Below, piece by piece: positions 36,295 to 48,149 of a stretch of DNA of 64,000 nucleotides (position 1 is the first letter of the stretch; each line of letters opens with the position of its first letter). The stretch covers positions 53,694,001 through 53,758,000 of the forward strand of contig CM059432.1 of assembly GCA_030390025.1 (NCBI GenBank), given 5' to 3'. The DNA comes from Squalus acanthias. Lineage: Eukaryota. The notes under the pieces are model-generated. The model was given only the letters and a program-made list of their open reading frames with translations. It did not search any database and was not told the origin of the DNA. Position numbers and translations under genes: made by a program.

Positions 36295-39288
36295 TCAGTA
36301 CCCCATTCCTGCTTTCTCGCCATACCCCTTGATCCCCCTAGTTGTGAGTGTTATATCTAACTCCCTTTTGAATATATTTAGCGAACTGGCCTCAACAACC
36401 TTCTGTGGAAGAGAATTCCATAGATTCACCACTCTCTGGGTGAAGAAGTTCCTCCTCAGCTCAGTCTTAAATGGCTTCCCCTTAATCCTTAGACTGTGAC
36501 CCCTGGTTCTAGTTTTCCCTAACATTGGGAACATTCTGCCCGCATCTAATTTGTCTAAACCAGTCAGGATTTTAAATGTCTCTATAAGATCCCCCCTCAT
36601 TCTTCTGAACTCCAGAGGATACAAGTTCAGTTGACCCAATCTTTCTTGATATGTCAGTCCGGCCATCCCAGGAATCAATCTAGTGAACCTTCGCTGCACT
36701 CCCTCAATAGCAAGAATGTCCTTCCTTAAGTTAGGAGACCAAAACTGCGCACAATACTCCAGGTGTGGCCTCACCAAGGCCCTGTACAACTGCAGCATCA
36801 CCTCCCTACTCCTGTACTCAAATCCCCTTACTGTGAAGGCCATCATTCCGTTTGCTTTCTTGACTGCCTGCTGCACTTGCATTCCCACCTTCAGTGACTG
36901 ATGTACCATGACGCCCAGGTCTCGTTGCACCTCCCCTTTCCCTAATCTGCCACCATTCAGGTAATAGTCCGCCTCTCTATTTTTACCACCAAAGTGGATA
37001 ACCTCACATTTATCCACATTGTACTTCATCTGCCATACATTTGCCCATTCACCCAACCTGTCCAAGTCACTCTGTAGCCTCCTAGCATCCTCCTCATTGT
37101 TCACACTGCCTCCCAATTTAGTGTCATCCGCAAATTTGGAGATATTACATTTAATCCCTTCGTCCAAATCATTAATATATAATGTAAACAGCTGGGGTCC
37201 CAGCACCGAACCCTGCGGTACCCCGCTGGTCACTGCCTGCCATTCTGAAAAGTACCCATTTACTCCTACTCTTTGTTTCCTGTGTGCTAACCAGTTCTCA
37301 ATCCACGTCAACACATTACCCCCAATCCCATGTGCTTTAACTTTGCTCACCAATCTCTTGTGTGGGACCTTGTCGAAGGCCTTCTGAAAGTCCAAATACA
37401 CCACATCTACTGGTTCCCCCCTGTCCACCCTATTGGAAACATCCTCAAAAAATTCCAGAAGATTTGTCAAGCATGATTTCCCTTTCACAAATCCATGCTG
37501 ACTTGGACCTATCATGTCGCCACTTTCCAAATGGTCTGTTATGACATCTTTAATAATTGCTTCCATCATTTTACCCACGACCGATGTCAGGCTGACCGGT
37601 CTATAATTCCCTGCTTTCTCCCTCCCTCCTTTTTTAAAAAGAGGGGTTACATTGGCCACCCTCCACTCCATCGGAACTGATCCAGAGTCTAAGGAATGTA
37701 GGAAAATGATCGTCAATGCATCCACTATTTCCAAGGCCACCTCCTTAAGTACTCTGGGATGCAAACCATCAGGCCCCGGGGATTTTTCAGCCTTCAGTCC
37801 CATCAATTTCCTCAATACCTTTTCCCGACTAATAAGGATTTCCCTCAGCTCCTCCCTCTTACCAGATCCTCTGACCACTTTTATTTCCGGCAGGTTGTGT
37901 GTGTCCTCCACAGTAAACACCGAACCAAAGTACTTGTTCAATTGATCTGCCATTTCCTTGTTCCCCATTACGACTTGCCCTGTTTCCGACTGCAGGGGAC
38001 CTACGTTTGTTTTTACTAACCTCTTTCTTTTTACATATTTATAGAAGCTTTTGCAGTCCATTTTAATGTTCTCTGCAAGCTTCCTTTCATATTTTATTTT
38101 CCCTGCCCTAATCAAACCCTTCGTCCTCCTTTGCTGAGTTTTGAAGTTCTCCCAGTCCCCGGGTTTGCTGCTACTTCTGGCCAATTTGTATGCAACTTCC
38201 TTGGTTTTAATACTATCCCTGATTTCCCTTGTTAGCCATGGTTGAGCCACCTTCCCTTTTTTATTTTTACGCCAGACCGGGATGTACAATTGTTGTAGTT
38301 CATCCATGCGATCTCTAAATGTCTGCCATTGCCCTTCCACTGATAGCCCCTTAAATATTGCTTGCCAATTTAACCTCGCCAATTCACGCCTCATACCCTC
38401 AAAGTTGCCCTTATTTAAGTTCTGGACCATGGTCTCTGACTTAACTGTTTCCTTCTCCATCCTAATGTAGAACTCCACCATACTATGGTCACTCTTCCCC
38501 AGGGGGCCTCGTACCACAAGATTGCTGATTAGTCCTTCCTCATTACACAACACCCAGTCCAGGATGGCCTCCCCTCGAGTTGGTTCCTCAACATATTGGT
38601 TTAGGAAACCATCCCTTAAACACTCCAGGAAATCCTCCTCCACCGTATTGCTTCCAGTTTGAGTAGCCCAATCTATATGCATATTAAAGTCACCCATGAT
38701 AACTGCCGTGCCTTTTTTGTACGCACCTCTGATTTCCTGTTTCATACCCTCCCCCACCTCACCACTGCTGTTTGGAGGTCTGTACACAACTCCCACTAAC
38801 GTTTTCTGCCCTTTGGTGTTCTGCAGCTCAACCCATATTGATTCCACATCCTCCAAGCTGATGTCCTTCCTAGCTATTGCATTAATCTCCTCTTTAACCA
38901 GCAATGCTACCCCACCCCCTTTTCCTTTTATTCTATCCTTTCTGAATGTTGAATACCCCTGGATGTTCAGTTCCCAGCCTTGATTGTTCTGGAGCCACGT
39001 CTCTGTAATCCCAATCACATCGTATCCGTTAACATCTATTTGCACAGTCAATTCATCCACCTTATTACGGATACTCCTTGCATTAAGACACAGAGCCTTT
39101 AGGCTTATTTTATTAACATCCTTTGTCCTTTTAGACTTATGATTTAGTATGGTCCTTTGTGTTTCTTGCCTTTGTTTACTCGGCCTTCCCCTATTGTTTC
39201 TCACCCTTCTAACATTTGTTTCTGACTGCAAATTACTTCCCCCTGTTTCGCTACATAGGTTCCCCTTCCCCTGCCATATTAGTTTAAA
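36295..39288 (-). CDS. CR1 ORF2 (APE endonuclease + reverse transcriptase); frame is open back to the slippery site
   Basis: 978-aa track ORF with EN and RT (FADD) motifs; no AUG before the endonuclease. Confidence 0.9.
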   Translation of the reverse strand, partial: FKLIWQGKGNLCSETGGSNLQSETNVRRVRNNRGRPSKQRQETQRTILNHKSKRTKDVNKISLKALCLNARSIRNKVDELTVQIDVNGYDVIGITETWLQNNQGWELNIQGYSTFRKDRIKGKGGGVALLVKEEINAIARKDISLEDVESIWVELQNTKGQKTLVGVVYRPPNSSGEVGEGMKQEIRGAYKKGTAVIMGDFNMHIDWATQTGSNTVEEDFLECLRDGFLNQYVEEPTRGEAILDWVLCNEEGLISNLVVRGPLGKSDHSMVEFYIRMEKETVKSETMVQNLNKGNFEGMRRELARLNWQAIFKGLSVEGQWQTFRDRMDELQQLYIPVWRKNKKGKVAQPWLTREIRDSIKTKEVAYKLARSSSKPGDWENFKTQQRRTKGLIRAGKIKYERKLAENIKMDCKSFYKYVKRKRLVKTNVGPLQSETGQVVMGNKEMADQLNKYFGSVFTVEDTHNLPEIKVVRGSGKREELREILISREKVLRKLMGLKAEKSPGPDGLHPRVLKEVALEIVDALTIIFLHSLDSGSVPMEWRVANVTPLFKKGGREKAGNYRPVSLTSVVGKMMEAIIKDVITDHLESGDMIGPSQHGFVKGKSCLTNLLEFFEDVSNRVDRGEPVDVVYLDFQKAFDKVPHKRLVSKVKAHGIGGNVLTWIENWLAHRKQRVGVNGYFSEWQAVTSGVPQGSVLGPQLFTLYINDLDEGIKCNISKFADDTKLGGSVNNEEDARRLQSDLDRLGEWANVWQMKYNVDKCEVIHFGGKNREADYYLNGGRLGKGEVQRDLGVMVHQSLKVGMQVQQAVKKANGMMAFTVRGFEYRSREVMLQLYRALVRPHLEYCAQFWSPNLRKDILAIEGVQRRFTRLIPGMAGLTYQERLGQLNLYPLEFRRMRGDLIETFKILTGLDKLDAGRMFPMLGKTRTRGHSLRIKGKPFKTELRRNFFTQRVVNLWNSLPQKVVEASSLNIFKRELDITLTTRGIKGYGEKAGMGY

Positions 39289-40223
39289 TCCTCCCGAACT
39301 GCTTTAGCAAATATTACCCCGAGGACATCGGTTCCAGTCCTGCCCAAGTGCAGACCGTCCCTTTTGTACAGGTCCCACTTCCCCCAGAACTGGTTCCAAT
39401 GCCTCAGGAATTTGAATCCCTCCCTCCTGCACCACTGCTCAAGCCATGTATTCAATCTCACTATCCTGTTCTCTCTATTCTGATTAGCACGTGGCCCTGG
39501 TAGCAATCCAAAGATTACTACCTTAGAGGTCCTACTTTTTAATTTAGCTCCTAGCTCCCTAAATTCTGCTTGTAGGACCTCTTCCCGCTTTTTACCTATA
39601 TCGTTGGTACCTAGATGCACCACGACAGCTGGCTGTTCACCCTCCCTCTTCAGAATGTTCTGCAGCCGCTCCGAGACATCCTTGACCCTTGCACCAGGGA
39701 GGCAACATACCATCCTGGAATCTCGGTTGCGGCCACAGAAACTCCTGTCTATTCCCCTTACAATTGAGTCCCCTATCACTATAGCACTACCACTCTTTTT
39801 CCCGCCCTGCTGTGCAGCAGAGCCAGCCATGGTGCCATGAACCTGGCTGCTGGTGCCTTCCCCTGGTAGGCCATCTCCCCCAACAGTATCCAAAGCGGCA
39901 TACCTGTTTTGGAGGGAGATGACCACAGGAGACTCCTGCACTACCTTCCTGATATTGCCCTGCTTCTTGGTCACCCATACACTGTCTGTCCTAGCCTTTA
40001 CCTGCGGTGTGGACAACTCACTAAATGAGCGATTCACCGAGTTCTCGGCATCGTGCATGCTCCAGAGTGAGTCCACCCGCAGCTCCAGCACCGCCATGCG
40101 GGCTGTCAGGAGCTGCAGCTGGACACACTTCCCGCACACGTAGTTGTCAGGGACACTGGAAGTGTCCCTGGTTTCCCACATGGCACAGGAGGAGCATGAA
40201 ACGGGTCCGAGACTTCCTGTCAT
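39279..40223 (-). CDS. CR1 ORF1 (Cys zinc finger, coiled coil, SGNH esterase)
   Basis: CSSC...CGKC, IVIGDSIVRG, HLGTND, DGLH. Confidence 0.9.
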   Translation of the reverse strand: MTGSLGPVSCSSCAMWETRDTSSVPDNYVCGKCVQLQLLTARMAVLELRVDSLWSMHDAENSVNRSFSELSTPQVKARTDSVWVTKKQGNIRKVVQESPVVISLQNRYAALDTVGGDGLPGEGTSSQVHGTMAGSAAQQGGKKSGSAIVIGDSIVRGIDRSFCGRNRDSRMVCCLPGARVKDVSERLQNILKREGEQPAVVVHLGTNDIGKKREEVLQAEFRELGAKLKSRTSKVVIFGLLPGPRANQNRENRIVRLNTWLEQWCRREGFKFLRHWNQFWGKWDLYKRDGLHLGRTGTDVLGVIFAKAVREDLN

Positions 40224-40509
40224 GACTTAACCCTTATGTTACTTTATTACTAAAATTTAAACTTATTTATCTTAGGTCCAGGAGTTAAGTCCCTGAAAAC
40301 AAAATATAAAATCGAACCTACCTTTTAAATTCCCTCTACCCCTAAAGGTTAGAGGAGGTGGGAGGGTGGGAGTCACTACTAGTGTAGTGTCTCGGGTTTA
40401 GCAACCGCTCCACCTATATACGGGTACCAATGAATTGGCCCCGCCCCCTGCCTTTGAAAAAGCCCGCGAAGCTCTTACCCCGCTGGGGAAAAAGGCCACG
40501 TAGGTGAGT

Positions 40510-41082
40510 TTATTGACTCACCTCAGGCCTCTGCCGCTCCAACCAGCTCCGCTCCTCCTTCCCCGCTGCCGACCGCTCTGTGGGAGAGAGAAAGAAAGAA
40601 AGGCTCCTCCTCCCCCGCTGTCGACGCTGGTCTGAGGCCTACCTGAGCCTCGGGCCTCCCTTTATTGACTCACCTCAGGCCTCTGCCGCTCCAACCAGGT
40701 CCGCTCCTCCTTCCCCGCTGCCGACCGCTCTGTGCAAGAGAGAAAGAAAGAAAGGCTCCTCCTCCCCCGCTGTCGACGCTGGTCTGAGGCCTACCTGAGC
40801 CTCGGGCCTCCCTTTATTGACTCACCTCAGGCCTCTGCCGCTCCAACCAGGTCCGCTCCTCCTTCCCCGCTGCCAACCGCTCTGTGGGAGAGAGAAAGAA
40901 AGAAAGGCTCCTCCTCCCCCGCAGTCGACGCTGGTCTGAGGCCTACCTGAGCCTCGGGCCTCCCTTTATTGACTCACCTCAGGCCTCTGCCGCTCCAACG
41001 AGGTCCGCTCCTCCTTCCCCGCTGCCGACCGCTCTGTGGGAGAGAGAAAGAAAGAAAGGCTCCTCCTCCCCCGCTGTCGACG
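40510..41082 (-). repeat. 152-bp tandem monomers (about 3.7 copies) in the CR1 5' UTR
   Basis: Unit TTATTGACTCACCTCAGGCCTCTG... recurs at about 40510, 40662, 40814 and 40966. Confidence 0.95.
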
Positions 41083-41676
41083 AGATGAGTCAGTATCTCA
41101 GAATCTGCATGGGCACTCATGTCTTCACTTACCTTGGCCAATCTGTTAAGGTTATTAAAATGTTTATGGTACTGAACAGCTGTTCTTTGGATAGCATTGA
41201 CTTTCAGTGCCACCTCCCTCCAGACTGCCTGCACATCCTTTCTCTGGGGCATAGCTCCGTGGGTGCCAAAAAGCCTTCATCTACAAGTTTCTCCATTTTT
41301 ATGATAGTATCATAGAATCATAATACAGATGGAAGCCATTCAGCCCATCGTGCCTGTGTCGGCTCTTTGAAAGAGCTATCCAATTAATCCCACTCCCATG
41401 CTCTGTCCCCATAGCCCTGTAAATCTTTCCTTTTCATTTGTTTAACAAATTCCCTTTTGAAAGTTACTATTAAATCTGCTTTCAGGCAGTGCAACTAGAT
41501 CATAACAACTCAGATTCTTTTGTAAATTACCTTAAATATGTGTCCTCTATTACCAACCCTCCTGCCAGTGGAAACAGTTTGTCCTTATTTACTCTCTCAA
41601 ACCCCTCATAATTTTGAACACGTCTATTAAATCTCCCCTTAACCTTCTCTGCTCCAAGGAGAACAATAGAAACATA

Positions 41677-42569
41677 GGGGTAAAAATTCACTTGGTTGCG
41701 CCTCCCGTTAGCGCCTTAAGAGGGCGCTAATGGGGCGCAAAGCCGCTAACGCCCGTGCGCAGCGATGTTTGCGCCGCTCGAGAACTTAACTTGAGATTGT
41801 GCGGCGGCGCTAAAACTTACCGCTGCGACCACCTGCGCGCGCAGATTGTGACGTCATTCCATGGTGCAACGCCCTTGGGGCGCCCCGTAGCGGAAATTGA
41901 GTGGCGCCCCCTGCCTTACCGCCTGGCGCTTCCAACGACCAGAAGACTGGAACGCTATCAATCGCTGTGGGGCTGGGGGGGGCGCTATTTAAAGGGGGCC
42001 TCTTCCGGTCTTTTATTGTTGGTGGCATTTTTGAACTACGCATTCTGAGAGAGAGAGGGAGAGACTTCTGGAGAGATTCAACGTTGTGTGAAGGAGTTTT
42101 GGGTACTGAGCAGCACTTTGCAGGTTCATTTTGATTTGCCATTCCTTGTATCGATTTAGCAGAGAATGTGGGAGCTGCACTCTGAGCTCCTTGCCTGGTA
42201 CTCTCCATTGTTCTTTCCAGCACATTTGATGTGCAAGTCTCTCCAGGCCGAGATTCAAGGCAGCAATGAACAGGATGTGGATGGAAAGCAAGATTAACCA
42301 TCCCCTTTAAGAACTGGCCCGTGCCATTGTGTGTGTGTTCCATTGCTGACTGACATTACATGAGCTTCGCCAGCGCTCCGAGTTAGCGCCTCACTCCTTG
42401 GCCTTTGCGCCTTAAGAGAGGTGTGCAGTGCCTGCTTTAGCGCTCCACTCACCTCCCGGGGCGGTAAAAGTGAAGTTTCCTGTCAGTGCCGATAATTAGC
42501 GCCAGGCGCTAATATTTGCGTCCGGACGATATTTGCGCCCCAAATGGGGCGCGACCTAATTTCTACCCC
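41677..42569. mobile_element. PIF/Harbinger MITE, inverted copy of 9636-10538
   Basis: GGGGTAAAAATTCA...TAATTTCTACCCC; TSD ATA; inserted in a SINE tail. Confidence 0.85.
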
Positions 42570-42981
42570 ATAGAATCTAGGAGCAGGAGTAGGGCATTCG
42601 GCCCGTCGAGCCTGCTCCACCATTCAATATAATCATGGCTGATCATTCAAATCCAGTACCCTGTCCCTGCTTTAATCCCCACAGTACACATATCCCACCC
42701 TACCCCCGTAACCCCATGTATTTAATTCCCCCTAACATATCCCATCCTATCCCCACATATTTAATCCCCCCCTAACACTAAGGGTCAATTTATCATAGCC
42801 AAATCAACCTAACCCGCACATTTTTGGACTGTGGGAGGAAACTGGAGCACCCGGAGGAAACCCACGCAGACACGGGGAGAATGTGCAAACTCCACACAGA
42901 CAGTCACCTGAGGTCAGATTCGAACCCGGGTCCCTGGCGCTGTGAGGCACCAGTGCTAACCACTATGCCACCGTGTTGCCC
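42570..42981 (-). mobile_element. V-SINE (HE1-like) with long CR1-derived tail
   Basis: Head and V-domain like 3475-3700; tail matches the CR1 3' end at 8400-8510. Confidence 0.88.
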
Positions 42982-45900
42982 ACTTCTCCAGTCTCTCCAC
43001 ATAACTGAATTCCCTCATCCCTGGTACCATTCTAGTAAATCTCCTCTGCACCTTCTCCAAGACCTTGACATCCTGCCTAAAGTGTGGTGCCCAGAATTGG
43101 ACACAATACTCCAGCTCAGGCCTATCCAGTGATTTATAAGGTAATTTAAGGTATTTAAAATGTCCCATTATACATAGCATTATTTTATTTCCTCATCTCT
43201 TGTTTTTTTCCTACTTTTCAGTATGGCCCACAAGCCTCCATTCCCAGCCTGCCCACCTTGGTTTTACTGCCTCCAGCCCGCGCCTACTCTCTTTACAATT
43301 TTCATGACCTACTTGCCTGCTGCCCTCCTGTGGTTTCCATTTCCACCCACTCTTATAGCTCACAACTCTTTCATTTCAGTCTGTTCACTGTCCTGTGCCA
43401 CAACATACTGCTTTAATTTTCTGTCTTCCTCTTTTATCTCTGCCCACTTGCTGGTCTCCAGCCCCAGCCCATCCATTTTGATTTTCTCCCTTTTCTCATT
43501 GATATTTCCGACTTTCTCCTTGATTTCAGCCACCTCGTGTAAATTTTCTTTGTCCCATGACGTCCAACCTTATCCTCTGCCTCAACCCAGCTGCTTTCAT
43601 TTCAACTTGCCCCCAATGGCCTTCGACCCTAGCTTTGATTTCACATTGCTCTTTAATAGGCTGCAGGGCATAACCTGGGCTTTTATTTCTTTTTTCGAAG
43701 TGTGATTGCTGAGATCACTCAGAGGTTACAGATATTCTGGCTCCTGTGCCAAATGACTGATACAGAAATGTAAATGTGATATTTGAAGTGTGATGGAGAA
43801 GTGAAGGAGAAGTGTAACATAAATAAGTGTTACTGACAGAAAATGTGCACAAGACAGACGAAGGCCAAAATCCTCAGCCAGAAATAACAGATCCGTGGTA
43901 AAAGTAGCGCATAGAAGGCCCAGCGAAGTCTAAAATTGGGGAAGGACCTGGAATCGCCAGGTCTCCACCTTGAAGACTGCAGCCTTCCAATTTGCACAGG
44001 GGCCTGGAATGGCCTGAACATCTGTCCACCAAACATGGCTTCTGATGTCAGAGGAAGTGGGCGAGATCATTGTCATCTCTATGAGCCAATGAATAGCTGA
44101 GGTGTGACACCTGCTGGCAGTATTCATATTAAATAACCCTGCCCTGATCCCAGATTCTCCAACGAGGTCAGGATTGTAAGGGGGTTCGCGTGTCCGGAGG
44201 TCACCAGTACCTACAACACCATACTATGTTGGGCAGTGGACTGCGGTTTTTCGGCCCCACCATTTTTGCAATATTACTATCGGATGTCTCATGGCATTGC
44301 TTATGAGGACTCAGGGATATGCTGTTTATAACATGGGAGCTATGCCATGTAACACATAATGTATTGACAGTGCTATTGTTTTACAGGGACTGAATTGTAT
44401 GGTATGCAGAGACTTAGAGCAGTGTTTTGGGAATGAAATACAGAAATTGACCATTTTTCAATGAAACACGTAAATGCGTAGCTTTGATTATAACTATATG
44501 TTCCTTTAACTTTTATTGTTTACCTTTTTTAAAGCTTAGGATACACAGAAAGATGCTCGCCGTACCAAATAGGTAGCAGGTGCATGGTAATAGAGTGGAG
44601 TGCATGAAGGTGGTTTCATAAGGTTTGATACTAATGGGACGGTTTCTGGATTTAGATATTATTGGGGTTCCAGCTAGTTTTGGTAATCCTGGAGGGCACT
44701 GTTGGAGTCTGAAAGTTTTGCAATGTGGAAGGCTAGGCATTAAGGTCACGAGCAGCAAAAGGTGATAGGAGCAGCAAAAGATGATAAGGATGGGGAAGGT
44801 ATGGTTAGTTGAGGTGAGAGGCTGTAGGTGTGAATGGCGTGATGAGAAAGGTTAGGATGGGAGCTAGAAAAGGTACAAGGAGAGAGCAGGAGGGGTAAAG
44901 TTTGTGTGCTCAGAGTGGGAGATGTTAGGAGGGAGTGGTGTACGGCAAGAGGTGGGAAGGTATTGGCATATAAAGTGGGAGCAACAAAGAATGGTAGGAG
45001 CACGTAAGAAGTGATGGAGGTTGGGTGTGGGATTGGAATGTGGGAGGAGGGAGTCCCCAAAATTTTGAAGGAATGGATGTTCAGGGTTATAATAGGAGAA
45101 TAGGAAGTGGGAACAGGAGAGACATGGGAACTTGAGGCGGGAGATGTTATGAGGAAGTGGGAAAGGGTGAGGGGCAGGATGACATGGGCACTCAGGGTGG
45201 AAAGTGGTAGGAAGAAGACAGGAGGAGGAATGGACATGCACTCCGGACTGGTAGGGTGACTGCAGAACAGGAGTGAAGGAGAAAGAAAGCTGTAAGCCTT
45301 CCAACCCCTTCCTCCTTCAGTTTTGGGAATCCCTTGTTACTTCTGCAGTTTAAATAAAAGGATCTTCTCCAGAGTTGTAAGGAAGGTGTTAAGGGAATTC
45401 CGCCCTCACACTTCAAAAGCTTTCTTCCTGGCTTTAAATCAGAAGTAGCATTTGAAGTGTGGGGGTGGGATTCCTTAAATGACTTTTCCATAACTTTGGG
45501 GAAGGCCCCTGTTATTTAAACTGAGAATGGTACAAGTAGTCAAATCGTGAGGAAGTCATTTAGGGAATCCTGCTCCCGCCCATCAAAAGATGGTTCGTAG
45601 TTAGGTCCAGAAACATCACTTGTGAATTGCAGGGTATGGGCCATGTTGATTTGAGATCGGGCAAGTAGTGAGAGAGGCCACCATAATGTCTGTGGGACTA
45701 ATTCAGGGGTGGGGGGGGGGGGGCGGGTGAAAGGCCACCTCTGGGGTCAGGTCCAGTAAAGGGAAGGCCATCTTGGGGGTCTGTTGGGCCAGATCAGGTG
45801 GTGGAAAGGTCTCATCATGGTTCTTTATGATCTCTGGGGGCAGGCAGGAGATAGATTGCAGAAAAATAGAATCAGTGAATAAAAGGAAAAAACAGAACTG

Positions 45901-46140
45901 AGAACTTGGGCTTTGAAAAAAAAAATTGGCAAGAAACAAATAAAAAAACAAAATGCCCAATGGCGCTTTGAAAAAAGAGTGGGAAGTAAATAAAAGAACA
46001 GGTATGGACCATCAAAAAAAAAGGTAAAATCCCAAACAGGGTGAATAAAGATACAGATTTTGGCTCAAAGGATTTGGTCTTCATATAGAAACTGCCTTTT
46101 AAATGTGGGCAGAAAAAATAATGCAAGGAAAAGTGCAAAC

Positions 46141-47506
46141 TGTAGCAGTTACTTTATATTTTATCTTATTTTTACTTTTATCACCACCATAACTGCCCAA
46201 AATTTCAGTGTAATTCTATCTGAGCTAAATCCTTAAAGAATATGTATTCTAAAAGCAAGCAAAGCAATCAGCTGCACTGAAGAAAAAGGTTTCTATTTCA
46301 AATCAACTTGGTGTACGTTTGGAACTTTATTCCCGACAAACAATATACACTCATACCCTGGAACACCGAGCTGAAGGGATAATTACTAGTCCTAGCCCCT
46401 TTAGGGCTACCCCGGATCAGGCGTATTCCTCAGACGTTCACTTTCAACTTAAGTTTGAGGTAGCCGAATCCTAAAGACGCTTAATTGGGTCTAAAGGTCT
46501 GAACTCTCTCTCCCTAAAGGAAAGGAACAACCTGAAAATGTTACCGTCCTCCAGATAGCACTTTTAATAAGTTTAGCTAGACTGTAACGTTCTGGATATT
46601 ATGAGGGTCCGGAAAACTCCCCCAGAATTCTGCAACACCTCACCAAAGAGTGTACAGACATTGAGTTTGCGAGTTTGATACAGAAGTCTTATGTGAGATA
46701 ATTCTAAAAATATATAGATTTATTAAAGAACCGACATGTAATTTACATTTGGTGAGTCAATCGCAACATTAACAGTTCCAAAAAGAGAAAGCTTACAATT
46801 CTATTATCAGAGAACTTACTCTCAAATCTTAACTTCCCTACAGTTTTACAGTTTAGTTTTGTGCAGGATATCCACCAAAATCAAAATCAAATACCTTTGA
46901 TCCCCGAGGTACAAAGAGTTGTAGACTTACAGAGCCACCTCTGAAGCCGAGAGTCGCTTTGCCCCTTTACAGCGAGTCTACTATCCCATTTGAGAGTTCA
47001 ATATTTATACCCTTTTCCAGTGGTATTTCCTTTAAGGTTTTCTGTTGATGTAAGCTAATTATCTCTAGTCATGTTTCTGCTGACCCCTGCAATTCTTACA
47101 GTCACCTCAGCTGGTAGCATTTCAGAATTATGTCTCTTCTCTAGGTGTTCTAAGTTTACCATAAAAAATGGTGAAACAGCAGGTGCGTTTTACTTGATGT
47201 CATTTTTACGAAGGCAGATGTTTGTGCTTCTTTACGAAGTGTAAATTAGAACACCTTAACCAGGGTGAACCATTGTCTTGTTCCGAAAGATTCAGACTGT
47301 CGGGAGCCTTTAACCTTCTGTTTCAATAAGGTTATTGATTCAGTGTCAACAACTATCTTATCTCTATGGCCAGAATGCTTTCACAGCTTTTTCATAGTTA
47401 GGTTTCTAGATTTCCAGACCCAGTTCATCATGTTTTAATAAGGCCAGAATTCTTTCATAGAAGGTGTATTTTTCTGAATAGGTTATATGGCTTATTCCTT
47501 CACACA
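46141..47506 (-). repeat. Probable LTR of the foamy-like element (distal boundary uncertain)
   Basis: PPT-like AAGAGGGG (47507-47514) followed by TGTG; TATAAAT near 47005; AATAAA near 46720; possible end ...CTACA at 46141. Confidence 0.5.
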
Positions 47507-48149
47507 CCCCTCTTGACCAAAAAATGAACTCGAGCATCAAGACAGAGTTTGGTCAATGTTACTAATAAGGTTACAATAGCACATTAATTTCACGAGATTC
47601 ACAAGAGCCTAATCATGTGCTACATGAAAATTCCCTTTAAGTCATCCCAGGACAATGTTGTGCCTTATTTTAAATTGAACACAAATTAAAAGGATGATAG
47701 GTACATTGTTATGCAATTAGCGAAACAACATGTACTTAGAATGTCCAATTGGCAGATGTATGTTCCGTAGAGGTGAGTTATTCATACGAGTCAAGGAGAC
47801 GTCATTTGGAACTAGCTGAAGCTTGACATGCTGTTCCTTTGATCCAGCGTGAGGACAGATTCTTGTTTTCGTAAAGGCCTTGCCAGGAGCTCAGTTGATT
47901 CCTTCTTCATCCGCAGTGTTTTCCTCCTTCGTTGAAGTAACTCATTGATCTTTACATGTTTTGGTTGTGGCTTTTTGCAAATCCAATTCCTGAGGCGTTG
48001 CCAAACATCGTGTGGAGGAGTCGGCGACACCGTCTGGCTGACCGTCATCAGTAGTTCGATCACATCCATTTCCTGTGTCGTGCTCCAAGCTGGGTCTTGA
48101 AATACAGTGTACTACTGCACCTTGTATTGTTCCTCCATTTCGGTATCCC

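Larger units (their letters stand above)
36197..41082 (-). mobile_element. Full-length CR1 LINE with both ORFs open
   Basis: 5' tandem monomers, ORF1, ORF2, 3' UTR and (CTATGTTT)n tail. Confidence 0.95.
41310..43140 (-). mobile_element. Old CR1 3' fragment (41310-41665 and 42981-43140) interrupted by a SINE and a MITE
   Basis: RPELEYCVQFWAPH...VQRRFTRM on the right side; degenerate 3' end on the left side. Confidence 0.75.

Noticed and set aside
40510..41082. CRISPR-like array
   Set aside because: Units are contiguous 152-bp near-identical monomers with no unique spacers, in eukaryotic LINE context.
44746..45304. Pro/Ser/His-rich ORFs
   Set aside because: Explained by purine/pyrimidine strand skew; no motif support.
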